Shown piece after piece: positions 9,301-17,160 of a DNA stretch of 21,408 nt. A model generated the notes under the pieces. It had not been told where the DNA came from and ran no database searches. It saw only the letters and a list, made by a program, of their open reading frames with translations. The stretch comes from an uncultured virus (IMG/VR IMGVR_UViG_3300025782_000004) (Duplodnaviria; Heunggongvirae; Uroviricota; Caudoviricetes): IMG/VR virus record IMGVR_UViG_3300025782_000004, one strand, 5' to 3'. Within the stretch, counting starts at the first letter, position 1. Every line of letters starts with the position of its first letter. The position numbers were made by a program, and so were the translations under genes.

Positions 9301-9966
9301 ACTTCCATCAAAGAAACTGCCAAGATAACTATTCTTAGGTTGGATGGTTGGTCCATATACGTTTGTGATTGTTAGACTAAATGCACGATCGCGAACATGT
9401 CCTAGGCTGTTTGTAGCACGAATGGTAAATCGAAATGTTTCGGATGTATCAACTGCAATGGAATTTAATAGCGTCGGAACACCCTGTAGGTATCCTTTGC
9501 TAACAACCTGCATACCAGGTGGCAGTTGTCCAGAAATAAAACTAAAGGAAGTTGTGACATTAGCAGAAGTTTCTGTGACTTCTAGTGGCAATTGATAAAA
9601 TTCGCCGTTGGGTACTGTTCCTAAAGTTCCGGCCGGAGTCACCCATGCAAAGTCACTATTGACATTGTTGGTAATAATTATTGAAAATTGTTGATCGGCC
9701 GGAGTAGCTCCTGCGGCACTGGTTGCACGCACAACAAAAGTATATGTTTGTGTGGTAAAATATGTATTAGTGGTTGTTGGAGTTCCGCCGAGTCTACCTT
9801 GACTAGATAGTGTTAACCCAGTAGGTAATGATCCGCCGATAACCTGGTAGGTTATAGTGTCACTGGAGTTATCTGGGTTATAGGCCAGCAACGCTTCGGT
9901 AAACGCGAATCCAACGAATAAATTTGCAAGATTACCCGGTGGAGTTACCCAACTTAATTGTGCCAT
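6328..9966 (-). CDS. Large structural protein with putative Ig (He_PIG/cadherin-like) repeats; probable baseplate wedge component
   Basis: Repeated WxTPxGxL...GxLPxGLxLsssGxLxGxP...YxFxVRA units; 1212 aa; lies in a late structural operon. Confidence 0.75.
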   Translation of the reverse strand: MAQLSWVTPPGNLANLFVGFAFTEALLAYNPDNSSDTITYQVIGGSLPTGLTLSSQGRLGGTPTTTNTYFTTQTYTFVVRATSAAGATPADQQFSIIITNNVNSDFAWVTPAGTLGTVPNGEFYQLPLEVTETSANVTTSFSFISGQLPPGMQVVSKGYLQGVPTLLNSIAVDTSETFRFTIRATNSLGHVRDRAFSLTITNVYGPTIQPKNSYLGSFFDGSYYQQQLVVNELNPNVSITWSNVGSLPPGITLSSTGLLSGYIQPNQLVGQFGPAGYDGSAQVSVITAGALTANVVYQITSLGSTDFTLVGASINKVGQIFYATGAGTGTGTVALYNIVIPAGKFVTGINYQIQTVGTTDFTLIGATNNNLGTIFTATGAGTGTGTASQYIASGTELQEYDYNSLAPYDFTEVNQSASYNFTIRAFDGVNYNLQNYILNVTARNSFSADNSQTTVDNSYLTADSGNVYLPVILNANVSTLPTGRAGSYYAFKFDGYDFQNATLTYSVFNSIGTFDTQVVGYDNGFDYGGTGTNGSPTEDLTPIDQNRGGVGFDSYNSANVAISNLPGLALDSSTGWIYGQLSTQTEAYKTYQFGVLVSKTVNGQTYYSTPDFVTLPVLGDVNNIINWITPSDLGTIVNGSVSELAVEAVSVAGKELVYTLLDKAYVPIRLPQGLELLPSGDISGRVSFEAFSVDDYATTFDNNTLTIDRVYNFTVQVAATDGSVSSTKEFKVTLDVVDIEPYDNLYLRAMPAFDQRQIFNSVVSNTEIFVPSLIYRPEDPWFGIQQSIDMLFLPGLKPSDLATYANAIVENHWTKTYNFGDIKTAVVLDENYQVKYEVIYIDVIDPELNSAGNGPALEINLTNTIANPYVDAAGNTFKIVYPNSSQNMIDRLAEGVGYYDQSSLPEWMTSNQLGSTANTFNNPLGYTRAVVLAYTNPGASNLIAYRLRNAGINFNNIEFTVDRYLLDDFYTTNFDTATDRYILGRETTFDALPNQNIGTITATVDYGIFGVPFDQINGRSVEYVIANGGLDGITNFQSGDTLIFVQQENFINGGPYDGWVNYIDAYSGGNINTGHNAGFDGEGFDEYTVIPGYLEKAQGTSAVNERGGVWRVDIINDIINLVFVQEIQPNQRVRVLFGGTYASAILYYNSILVIGQTVPAYTVYKLQYSSVARSAKTTFNGGTTKFFSNRDTYYAPGTEDKYVKFPQYGVFN
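8806..9111 (-). repeat. Tandem pair of ~50-aa modules (AG..YQI...G.TDFTLxGA..N..G.IF.ATGAGTGTGT) inside the large structural gene
   Basis: Two consecutive similar peptide units are visible in the translation. Confidence 0.8.
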
Positions 9967-9967
9967 G

Positions 9968-12400
9968 TTATAGTATTACCGCTTCAATAGTTTTTAGACC
10001 ATCTGTTAAATCTGTTTCAAGTGCTTTAGCAAACACCGCTGGTCCATAAGTACGATCATTACCTACGCTAGCAGCATATCCTGGAGCAGTTGATGTAACC
10101 AGTAAATCGCCTTTAGTAACTGGTCCAATAACTTGACATGGAACACGTCCGCGTAAAGCCAATGGTAAACCACCGTTAGCACCATTCATTAAGTATGCAG
10201 GATTTGTAGATATTGCACCAGCTACACGTGTATCGGCAAATGTTGTGGTTACAGTAATTTCTTTGTTGCCGCCAAATACCACAACAGTACCCGGTGCATA
10301 TTCTTCGTCACCTAAATAGTTTTCTGCCAAGTCCGCATATTGTGCGTGAACTGCTGTACCATAAATGCTGTTAAACCAACTTGTACTAGAACCAATATTT
10401 TGTGTTACATTTCCAGCTGGGGTAATATTACCAACAGTAATATTTGCTAGAGTCAATGGAGTTGTAGTTGATGCGCCACGACCTGTTACTGTAGCTAGGT
10501 TACTTGTGGTATTAACTGTAACAGTCTGCCCACTTGCTGTAGTACTGATGTCAGTACCACCAGCTATAGCCAAAGATTGTGTTAGTAATGCAACACTACC
10601 AGTACCCGATGTTCCCGATATACCTAATGATGTAGCAACAGCAACATTAGAAGCACTAAGGATACGACCTTTACTGTCAGTAGTAAATGTAGCGATAGAT
10701 GAGGCATTACCATAAGTTCCAGCAGTAACCCCGGTTGTAACTAAGTTTAATCCAACTGTTCCGCCATTGGGAACGTTGGCTGAAATTTCTGTTGTGTTGG
10801 CAATACTAGTTGAAACATAAGCAGTTCCATTTGCAAATCTGTAGTTATTGGTATAAACAGATGCCACTGCTAAGTTGGCTGATGCGCTAACACCTGTAAT
10901 ATTTGGTTGATTGGCAGTTAATATAGTACCCTGTAGATTGGCATTGACCTGGCTGACTGTTAAGTTACCAGCTGTAATGTTACCAGTAGCATTTAACGTA
11001 TTAACTGTAACAACACCGGGGGTAGAAATATTACCAGCTGAGATATTTCCTGAACTAGAAATACCACTGTTAATTTCCATGCCAGCAGCAATGATATTAG
11101 CTGAAGTATAGATATTACCTGTAGTGGTAATGCCAGTATTAATTACTGTACCAGCCGTGACTACAAACGAAGCATTAACGTTGCCTTGAGTAACGATACC
11201 TGAAGTATTAGTGATATAACCAGTACTGTTTAAATTGCCTGCAATGTTTGCACCACCTGAAGTAACGATCAGTGGAGCACCAGTTACACCGGATCCACTG
11301 ATAAACACAGCCGCAGCACCAACAGATGTTGAAACCTGTAGTTGATTTAGTGTACCAACTGAAGTAATATTTGGTTGAGCCGCAGTTTGAACAGTTCCGT
11401 ATAGAGGACCGACTAAAGCACCTGCGGTTACGTTACCGGCAATACCTGCTCCACCGTAGGATAAGATCAGTGCACCAGTTGATGTACTTGTACTTACAGT
11501 ACCGTTGGTAATAATTACCGGAACGTTGAATACGTTACCACCACCGTAGATATTTGAAGCACCTGGAGTATTAGTTGTTAAGACCTGATAACCACCAGTG
11601 TATATTGTTCCTGATACTACAGCATTACCACCAGTATATAAGTCACCTGCAATACCTGTACCACCAGCAACAGTTAATGCACCAGTTGAAGGACTAGTTG
11701 CAGGAGTGGTATTGCTTAAGAAAGCACTACCAAACTGCACATTACCATAAACACCACCAGCAACAATATTGTTGCCTTTGGTAGCATCGATCGGAGTTAT
11801 TTTATAGATAAAGTTATTAGTTGTGTATTGGTGACCAAAGAATGTGTAGGTATTGCTGGTATAATCGTTGGTAATATTTCCAAAAATACCAACGTCTTGT
11901 GTATCACCGCCTGGATTAATGTTAGCGTGAATTTCGAATAGTCCAGCTGATGTTGAACTAGTAACCTGTGTAGTACTAACAGTGGTTTGAACATACAAAT
12001 TAGCGAAAGGAAATGCTTGGCTACCAAGATTATATACACCACCCACAGTAGGAATAATGCTACCAGCAATGTATAAATTGCCATTTAGATTGGTGGTGCC
12101 ATTGCTGTATAATCCTGTGGCCGCAATCACGTTACCGGCGGTTGAGTTGCCTGTAAAGTTAGATACTGTACCTGTTGCATTAGCAACAAATAAATTAGCA
12201 ATATTAGCAAAATTAAGGTTAGTATTGATGCTGACATTGGCGTTTAACCAATCTTGATTGGGGTTTCCTAACTGTGTTGAAATGTTAGCAAAATTGCTGT
12301 CAACTTTGATAAAAGCAGTACGAATAACGTCGCCTGTGCCATCGTTGGGATTTGTACCAACACCAACCGGGTTATATTCTGAATTGTTCCAAAATGCCAT
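9968..12400 (-). CDS. Tail fibre/spike-like protein with T4 gp9/gp10-like N-terminus and a C-terminal intramolecular-chaperone (peptidase G2 IMC-like) domain
   Basis: VGTNPNDGTGDVIRTAFIKVDSNF; STGAL..GG.GIAG and AxQPNIT repeats; C-terminal YADLAENY...GTVVVFGG...ALRGRVPC...KGDLLV. Confidence 0.8.
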   Translation of the reverse strand: MAFWNNSEYNPVGVGTNPNDGTGDVIRTAFIKVDSNFANISTQLGNPNQDWLNANVSINTNLNFANIANLFVANATGTVSNFTGNSTAGNVIAATGLYSNGTTNLNGNLYIAGSIIPTVGGVYNLGSQAFPFANLYVQTTVSTTQVTSSTSAGLFEIHANINPGGDTQDVGIFGNITNDYTSNTYTFFGHQYTTNNFIYKITPIDATKGNNIVAGGVYGNVQFGSAFLSNTTPATSPSTGALTVAGGTGIAGDLYTGGNAVVSGTIYTGGYQVLTTNTPGASNIYGGGNVFNVPVIITNGTVSTSTSTGALILSYGGAGIAGNVTAGALVGPLYGTVQTAAQPNITSVGTLNQLQVSTSVGAAAVFISGSGVTGAPLIVTSGGANIAGNLNSTGYITNTSGIVTQGNVNASFVVTAGTVINTGITTTGNIYTSANIIAAGMEINSGISSSGNISAGNISTPGVVTVNTLNATGNITAGNLTVSQVNANLQGTILTANQPNITGVSASANLAVASVYTNNYRFANGTAYVSTSIANTTEISANVPNGGTVGLNLVTTGVTAGTYGNASSIATFTTDSKGRILSASNVAVATSLGISGTSGTGSVALLTQSLAIAGGTDISTTASGQTVTVNTTSNLATVTGRGASTTTPLTLANITVGNITPAGNVTQNIGSSTSWFNSIYGTAVHAQYADLAENYLGDEEYAPGTVVVFGGNKEITVTTTFADTRVAGAISTNPAYLMNGANGGLPLALRGRVPCQVIGPVTKGDLLVTSTAPGYAASVGNDRTYGPAVFAKALETDLTDGLKTIEAVIL

Positions 12401-12424
12401 AGCTTAATAATCCTATATATACGT

Positions 12425-12432
12425 TATTTATC
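12425..12432 (-). promoter_or_regulatory. T4-like late promoter (GATAAATA)
   Basis: One mismatch to TATAAATA, 24 nt upstream of the first structural gene, in the loop of a hairpin at 12410-12443. Confidence 0.65.
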
Positions 12433-12476
12433 GTATATAGGATCTAGCCGGCTTTGTCGGGAATTAAGTGGGTATA

Positions 12477-13022
12477 TTATAAACGACGATTAACGGCGTC
12501 CCAGTCAATGATACGCCAAATGTTGTCTAAATATTTTTCTTTGTTTGCATGATAGTCTAGTGACCAAGCGTGTTCCCACCAGTCTACTAGTAAGGCTATA
12601 TCAGTGCGTTTTGCATGATTACGAATTGTTTTAATCTGTCCGGATTTACTGAGATAAATCCAACCAGATCCTTGAATCTTCATTGCTTCTGTTTTGAAGT
12701 TCTTTTTAAAGTCTACAAAGTTTGTGTGATGTCGATTAATAATATCAAGTATAGTGCCACGAGGACGGCTTACCCCCGGGTTCTTGAATTGACTAAAGTA
12801 GATGCCGTGCAAGTATGCACCTGCTTCGTTGAATCCACGATCACCTTCATGTTTGTTGAAACGATCAACATACCCTTTATACAACTTGCCATAGTGATAG
12901 TCGATAGTTGCCGAGCTCATCACTGGACTTAAAGCAGTTTTAGAATAGGGCAGTTTAATTTGCTCTAGTGTGCCTTTTTCTTTTGCTTCTAGGAGGTCTA
13001 GTGTTTGTCTTATATCAGTCAT
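12477..13022 (-). CDS. sod: Fe/Mn superoxide dismutase family protein
   Basis: LPYSKTALSP.MS..TIDYH, FNEAGAYLH, QGSGW, DWWEHA; all four metal ligands (H,H,D,H) are present. Confidence 0.9.
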   Translation of the reverse strand: MTDIRQTLDLLEAKEKGTLEQIKLPYSKTALSPVMSSATIDYHYGKLYKGYVDRFNKHEGDRGFNEAGAYLHGIYFSQFKNPGVSRPRGTILDIINRHHTNFVDFKKNFKTEAMKIQGSGWIYLSKSGQIKTIRNHAKRTDIALLVDWWEHAWSLDYHANKEKYLDNIWRIIDWDAVNRRL

Positions 13023-13026
13023 ACTA

Positions 13027-13245
13027 TTATTTATTGCGGTATACTACACGACCGCGGCTTAGATCATACGTCGACATTTCAACATCAACTCGATCACCTA
13101 ATAATATGCGTATATTATTCTGTCTTAACCTACCGCCGATCGTGGCAGTAATTTTGTGTCCATTTTCTAGTATTACACGAAACATAGCGTTTGGTAGAAC
13201 TTCGTCTACTACTCCACTCATTTCAATTATATCGTCTTTAGCCAT
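13027..13245 (-). CDS. infA: Translation initiation factor IF-1
   Basis: [30 protein letters not shown]...[26 protein letters not shown]; 72 aa from the ATG at 13245. Confidence 0.97.
   Translation of the reverse strand: MAKDDIIEMSGVVDEVLPNAMFRVILENGHKITATIGGRLRQNNIRILLGDRVDVEMSTYDLSRGRVVYRNK
13028..13035 (-). promoter_or_regulatory. T4-like late promoter (AATAAATA) for sod
   Basis: Overlaps the infA stop codon, 5 nt before the sod ATG. Confidence 0.55.
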
Positions 13246-13267
13246 CCCAACCTTCAAAATATTTCAT
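13238..13267 (-). other. 9-codon upstream mini-[12 protein letters not shown] overlapping the infA start
   Basis: AAGGGAG RBS with 7-nt spacing to the ATG at 13267; its stop lies just inside infA. Confidence 0.5.
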
Positions 13268-13292
13268 ATATTATCTCCCTTACCGAGTATAC

Positions 13293-13300
13293 TATTTATT
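13293..13300 (-). promoter_or_regulatory. T4-like late promoter (AATAAATA) upstream of infA
   Basis: Overlaps the stop codon of the cytidylyltransferase gene, same arrangement as at 13028. Confidence 0.5.
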
Positions 13301-14030
13301 GGCGCTCGATGTCTTCTTCTGTACAATCATAACCCCACTGTATTTCTACAAGTTTACAAGGTTCACTAAAGGGATTAGTCAGTTGGTGCCATTCTTGGCG
13401 TGCTACAAAGTAACTACCGTGTACTCCTAAGGTAGTTGAGCCTGTGGGATTGATCACACGACACATGCCCTCGGTTACTTTCCAATATTCTGAACGATAT
13501 TTGTGACGTTGCATACTCAGACTCTTGCCTGGTTCTACTACCAATTCTTTGACTTTGGTTCTCGGTAATTCATATAACACTCGATAATATCCCCATGGTC
13601 TTTGAGTTTTTGGAGATTTCCATTCGTCCAGTATCCAACTGCTTGAATTGGCTTTATTTTCCCCACCAACACCAAATGCAAACTCTACACCATCAATTGA
13701 CATTTCAGGAATATTATCTGGTGTACGATCACCCCCATTGGCAAATATGATGTCTGCTTGGGGGAATTTAGCCCTGGCTCGATTGATTGCGTCTATAGCA
13801 GTACCATCGTCGTCGTTGAACTCTAAGACCCAGTCAACCATTTTTAGATTTTTTACAATAGTCAATCGTTCATTGAATGGCATAAACGCTCGGCCCTTTT
13901 TGCGTTCTAACCAAGCGTCTGAGTTTAGCCCAACAACTAGCTGATTGCCCAATCGTTTAGCAGCATCAAAGTATGCTATATGCCCTGAATGTATGGGATC
14001 AAATCCGCCGGTTACTATTACAATTTTCAT
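13296..14030 (-). CDS. Cytidylyltransferase-like (RfaE domain II/TagD type) fused to a mannose-6-phosphate-isomerase-type cupin
   Basis: GGFDPIHSGHI (HxGH), VGLNSD, FANGGDR; then RPWGYY...KELVVEPGKSLSMQRHKYRSEYW...WHQLTN...EIQ.G...EEDIER as in the ManC C-terminal cupin. Confidence 0.9.
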   Translation of the reverse strand: MKIVIVTGGFDPIHSGHIAYFDAAKRLGNQLVVGLNSDAWLERKKGRAFMPFNERLTIVKNLKMVDWVLEFNDDDGTAIDAINRARAKFPQADIIFANGGDRTPDNIPEMSIDGVEFAFGVGGENKANSSSWILDEWKSPKTQRPWGYYRVLYELPRTKVKELVVEPGKSLSMQRHKYRSEYWKVTEGMCRVINPTGSTTLGVHGSYFVARQEWHQLTNPFSEPCKLVEIQWGYDCTEEDIERQ

Positions 14031-14416
14031 CTACGCATTTTACTAATATCAACAGCTTCTTCGTCTGAGAAAATAGGCACAGCATTTGACTTGTGCATGG
14101 TACCGATGCCTTTGACTTTAGTACCAGTATACTCTTGATTGGGTGCAGTAGTACAGGCTACCCAGCCAGTGTCTCTAGACTCAATATAAGGAGTTTCACG
14201 TCCTGCGGGTATCTTAACTGCGACAGTAAGTGGAGGAGCCTTCATCGCACGACTGCGTTTCTTAGTGTCTTGTTCTACACCCATTGCCTTGAGCTTTTCT
14301 CGCCACATAGTGTCTAGCATTTCAGCCTTGCGTTTGGCTTCTGAACTAGCCCATTTCTTAGGTCCACGTTTTTTGCCGGTGGTACTGAGCCACGGTCCTT
14401 CTAAGTGCATTGTCAT
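14027..14416 (-). CDS. Basic hypothetical phage protein
   Basis: 129-aa ORF; C-terminal YTGT...GIGTMHKSNAVP motif of the kind seen in T4-like phage hypotheticals. Confidence 0.8.
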   Translation of the reverse strand: MTMHLEGPWLSTTGKKRGPKKWASSEAKRKAEMLDTMWREKLKAMGVEQDTKKRSRAMKAPPLTVAVKIPAGRETPYIESRDTGWVACTTAPNQEYTGTKVKGIGTMHKSNAVPIFSDEEAVDISKMRR

Positions 14417-14422
14417 AAGTGT

Positions 14423-14451
14423 ATTATAGCTTATTTAGAATTATTTGCCAA
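14423..14451 (-). promoter_or_regulatory. sigma70-type promoter
   Basis: TTGGCA-17 bp-TATAAT; ATG 6 nt after the -10 box. Confidence 0.7.
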
Positions 14452-14788
14452 CCTGTTTTGGTTGCCAGTCGGTTTTGGCACAAATAATGTGGTTAGTGGG
14501 AAGGAAAAACATATGGGTCGGGAATCGACTTTTTAAACTGTTGATAATCTCTTCGTCTGTACTACCTTGCCCGAGAAACTTGTTATTATCCATATCATAC
14601 CAATAATACGTATCTCGATCTTTTTCTACACGCACACGGTGTATAATTGAATCAAGGTGTTTGGTTAGTTTAATAGCAAGTTCATCATTGGTTTTTTTGA
14701 ACGCCGCTTCTACAGCAGTAAAAACTGTAATAATGGCCCAAGTACAAATGACCCAACCTATTAACAAACCGGTATCTTCAAATAACAT
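14441..14788 (-). CDS. Hypothetical protein with N-terminal transmembrane segment (likely start MLFEDTG)
   Basis: ATG 1 nt after the upstream stop; hydrophobic LLIGWVICTWAIITVFTAV. Confidence 0.75.
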   Translation of the reverse strand: MLFEDTGLLIGWVICTWAIITVFTAVEAAFKKTNDELAIKLTKHLDSIIHRVRVEKDRDTYYWYDMDNNKFLGQGSTDEEIINSLKSRFPTHMFFLPTNHIICAKTDWQPKQVGK

Positions 14789-14789
14789 A

Positions 14790-15446
14790 TTAATCCCAAA
14801 GTGTACGAAAATATTTACCAAAAAGACGCAATCCATTCTCGATGCGTTTATTATGCGCTTCTAAACCTGCTCGATCTACTTTTAACTTTTTAAAACCCTT
14901 CATAAAGTCTTTTTCTTTTTCACTTTCGGTGTGATCAAAGAACTGATCTTCTCCATCAGATTTGTCAGCTAGTTGCTCAAATGTCCATATTAATTCATTG
15001 AGTACCCAATTGAAACGCATTTCAGCATGGTTATCCCAATCCCATGAATTAGTTAGTCCTTTGCGAGCACCGGGAGCATAACTACGCATTTCTTTAGGTA
15101 CATCCTTGTTGTCAATCCAACCATATCCGTGCTTTTGCTTTTGTAGCTTTTTAAGCATAGGCAAGATAATCAGTGCTAGTGTATGATCCATTGACCAAAC
15201 ATCATACGGATCAATGTGAACATACTCTATACGCTTCTTTTTACTTTGAATCCATTCGCAAACTCGGGTTAGCCAACTATCGTTACCATCCTTGTCGTTG
15301 GCCAACCATGTACCAAAGTCGTGTACCCATTCTGGCTTATCCTCGATGCCGTACTCATCCTTGACGGGCTTAACCCAAAAGCAAAGTAATTCTGCTATTT
15401 GGTAAGGCCCAATCCAAGATGTGTATTTTCCTAGGTACACCTTCAT
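14790..15446 (-). CDS. Trp-rich hypothetical phage protein
   Basis: 218-aa ORF with D.WSMDHTLA.IILPML and GL.LFGKYF..LWD motifs. Confidence 0.85.
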   Translation of the reverse strand: MKVYLGKYTSWIGPYQIAELLCFWVKPVKDEYGIEDKPEWVHDFGTWLANDKDGNDSWLTRVCEWIQSKKKRIEYVHIDPYDVWSMDHTLALIILPMLKKLQKQKHGYGWIDNKDVPKEMRSYAPGARKGLTNSWDWDNHAEMRFNWVLNELIWTFEQLADKSDGEDQFFDHTESEKEKDFMKGFKKLKVDRAGLEAHNKRIENGLRLFGKYFRTLWD

Positions 15447-15691
15447 TATTTTTTAACAGTTTCTTGTAACTTTTTGACGTAGCCTAATTGTGCTACACGA
15501 ATGTCATACATTGTTTTGAGCAATAGTGCCATAAAACTTACAGCAATTACTGTACAAATACCCTCGACTACTTGTCGTTCACTGTAGATATTACTGAGAT
15601 ATTCTAATGTGAGACGCATTAAAGCGCCGATGGCTAGTGCTGATACTACAAAACCTGCTATTTCTAAACCTGCTTTTAATTTAACGTTCAT
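15446..15691 (-). CDS. Small membrane protein (2 TM)
   Basis: AAGGA RBS; two hydrophobic stretches. Confidence 0.75.
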   Translation of the reverse strand: MNVKLKAGLEIAGFVVSALAIGALMRLTLEYLSNIYSERQVVEGICTVIAVSFMALLLKTMYDIRVAQLGYVKKLQETVKK

Positions 15692-15737
15692 AATATATCC
15701 TTATTTTCCGAAGTTATTAATAATTTACTACAGTTAT

Positions 15738-15766
15738 ATTATAGCATTTTGGCAATTATTGGTCAA
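15738..15766 (-). promoter_or_regulatory. sigma70-type promoter with extended -10
   Basis: TTGACC-17 bp-TATAAT, with TGn before the -10 box. Confidence 0.8.
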
Positions 15767-16001
15767 CCCATTGCTCGCACTTCATACGTGCTGTAGGCTC
15801 CCATTCTTCGTTAAACAATACATATTCACCTTGACTTCCCAGATCTCCATCTTCACGCATAATTCGGCTAATTTCGGGAAAGTAGTTAAGGAACGCTTGA
15901 CCAAATCGATAGTCTGGTGCCTTAAGCCGAACCCACATCAGGTGTTTAAGAAACTCTTCGTACTGCTCTTTAGAAATTTTATATTGGTTTGGATTTGTCA
16001 T
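15756..16001 (-). CDS. Hypothetical protein (likely start MTNPNQY)
   Basis: ATGA coupling at 15998-16001; YRFGQAFLNYF motif. Confidence 0.75.
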   Translation of the reverse strand: MTNPNQYKISKEQYEEFLKHLMWVRLKAPDYRFGQAFLNYFPEISRIMREDGDLGSQGEYVLFNEEWEPTARMKCEQWVDQ

Positions 16002-16210
16002 AGGTATGTTAGTTGGAACCAAGTGGCATCGGCTGGGTTTTTAAAAGCAAATATGGTTTTGTGATCGACGTGTTCATTCATTTCCCACTCAAATCCACCT
16101 TGTATAAACTTATAGGTAAAATCCTCGTGTATAGTTAAACGCTCACGCAGACTTTGAACTATTTCAAGAGTTTCAGTCACGGTAGTAGACTCTAATATAA
16201 CTTCGGTCAT
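15998..16210 (-). CDS. Small protein, FxFxxxxDAxxFxL family
   Basis: C-terminus FAFKNPADATWFQLTYL; ATGA-coupled. Confidence 0.75.
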   Translation of the reverse strand: MTEVILESTTVTETLEIVQSLRERLTIHEDFTYKFIQGGFEWEMNEHVDHKTIFAFKNPADATWFQLTYL

Positions 16211-16446
16211 AACCAACGTAATCTAAAATGTGTAGCATCTGACGGATTTCTAAATCTAAAGCTGAATCCTTCGGTGCTTTCGTAACCATGTATGTGATAT
16301 TCTCCACCAGGTGCAGTTTCCAACCACTCTAAAATTTGGTTAATAGGAAGTCGGGACCCAACACGCATAATATCTTCCCATAAGACTATGACTTCGGTCC
16401 AATCCTCTGGTGGAGGCCACATTTCTTCTGATGTGATGTGTCTCAT
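16207..16446 (-). CDS. Small protein, FxFxxxxDAxxFxL family
   Basis: C-terminus FRFRNPSDATHFRLRWL. Confidence 0.8.
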   Translation of the reverse strand: MRHITSEEMWPPPEDWTEVIVLWEDIMRVGSRLPINQILEWLETAPGGEYHIHGYESTEGFSFRFRNPSDATHFRLRWL

Positions 16447-16691
16447 TTAAACTTTAGGGTAAATGCTGTTGCATCCGATTCTTCAATGAACCAAAATGCT
16501 GCTACATGATCATAATTGTAGTCAATATCCGATGTATCTACTAATTCTGACCATACTAAACTTAGATCATTGTTCCAGCACCATGTACGCATCTGTTTGA
16601 AATGAAAAGCAGGGTCACCTATGTGTACGCAATGACAACGTTCAAGTATCGAATCGGGTGGTCTTGGTATGGTATAGTTATTTACGTGCAT
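16443..16691 (-). CDS. Small protein, FxFxxxxDAxxFxL family
   Basis: C-terminus FWFIEESDATAFTLKFK. Confidence 0.8.
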   Translation of the reverse strand: MHVNNYTIPRPPDSILERCHCVHIGDPAFHFKQMRTWCWNNDLSLVWSELVDTSDIDYNYDHVAAFWFIEESDATAFTLKFK

Positions 16692-16909
16692 TATTCACGG
16701 CCATCTAATTTATCTATAGTTGATTTAGCATACCAACCTATATGTCCTTCTGGGTCCATGCGTTGTATATCATCTAATGCTGTCCGCATAATTTCACGTT
16801 CATCTTCTAATTGATAAACACGATTGCGTAGATTACTAGCATCTACCCAAGATATTAACATAGATATAAACTTAGCAACAAGCACACTCCAGTTGATCAC
16901 GGTTGCCAC
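16691..16909 (-). CDS. Hypothetical protein with hydrophobic N-terminus and coiled coil
   Basis: 72-aa ORF, GTG start, coupled to both neighbours. Confidence 0.65.
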   Translation of the reverse strand: MATVINWSVLVAKFISMLISWVDASNLRNRVYQLEDEREIMRTALDDIQRMDPEGHIGWYAKSTIDKLDGRE

Positions 16910-17160
16910 TTCAAGTAGTCAAACTCATCACCGTAGACCCAGTACCCGCCACCCGGGCTGGGTACAAATCTACGATACACCATATCGCCTGGTTTATACC
17001 AACGCTCGTTAATCTGTTTGGGAAATATCTTTAGACGATACGGTTCCCAGGGATTATTTTTAGGTAGGTCATCAAACGCAACACTTTTGATTTTCCTGCC
17101 AGGATGACTGTTAGCCGCTACTTTAAACGCTGGTTTCATTTTAGGTAATACTGCGGCCAT
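16897..17160 (-). CDS. Hypothetical protein
   Basis: 87-aa ORF, TAATG-coupled. Confidence 0.75.
   Translation of the reverse strand: MAAVLPKMKPAFKVAANSHPGRKIKSVAFDDLPKNNPWEPYRLKIFPKQINERWYKPGDMVYRRFVPSPGGGYWVYGDEFDYLKWQP

Noticed and set aside
1115..12084. Alternative-frame minus-strand ORFs 1115..1327, 2697..2909, 6297..6599 and 11797..12084
   Set aside because: They are nested in or largely overlap better-supported genes and have no protein-like motifs.
4734..12400. Diversity-generating retroelement target in the fibre genes
   Set aside because: No reverse transcriptase and no template/variable repeat pair differing at adenines was seen in the window.
12401..12476. tRNA or other structured ncRNA in intergenic gaps
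   Set aside because: Gaps are under about 80 nt, are explained by promoters and hairpins, and show no cloverleaf or T-loop motif.
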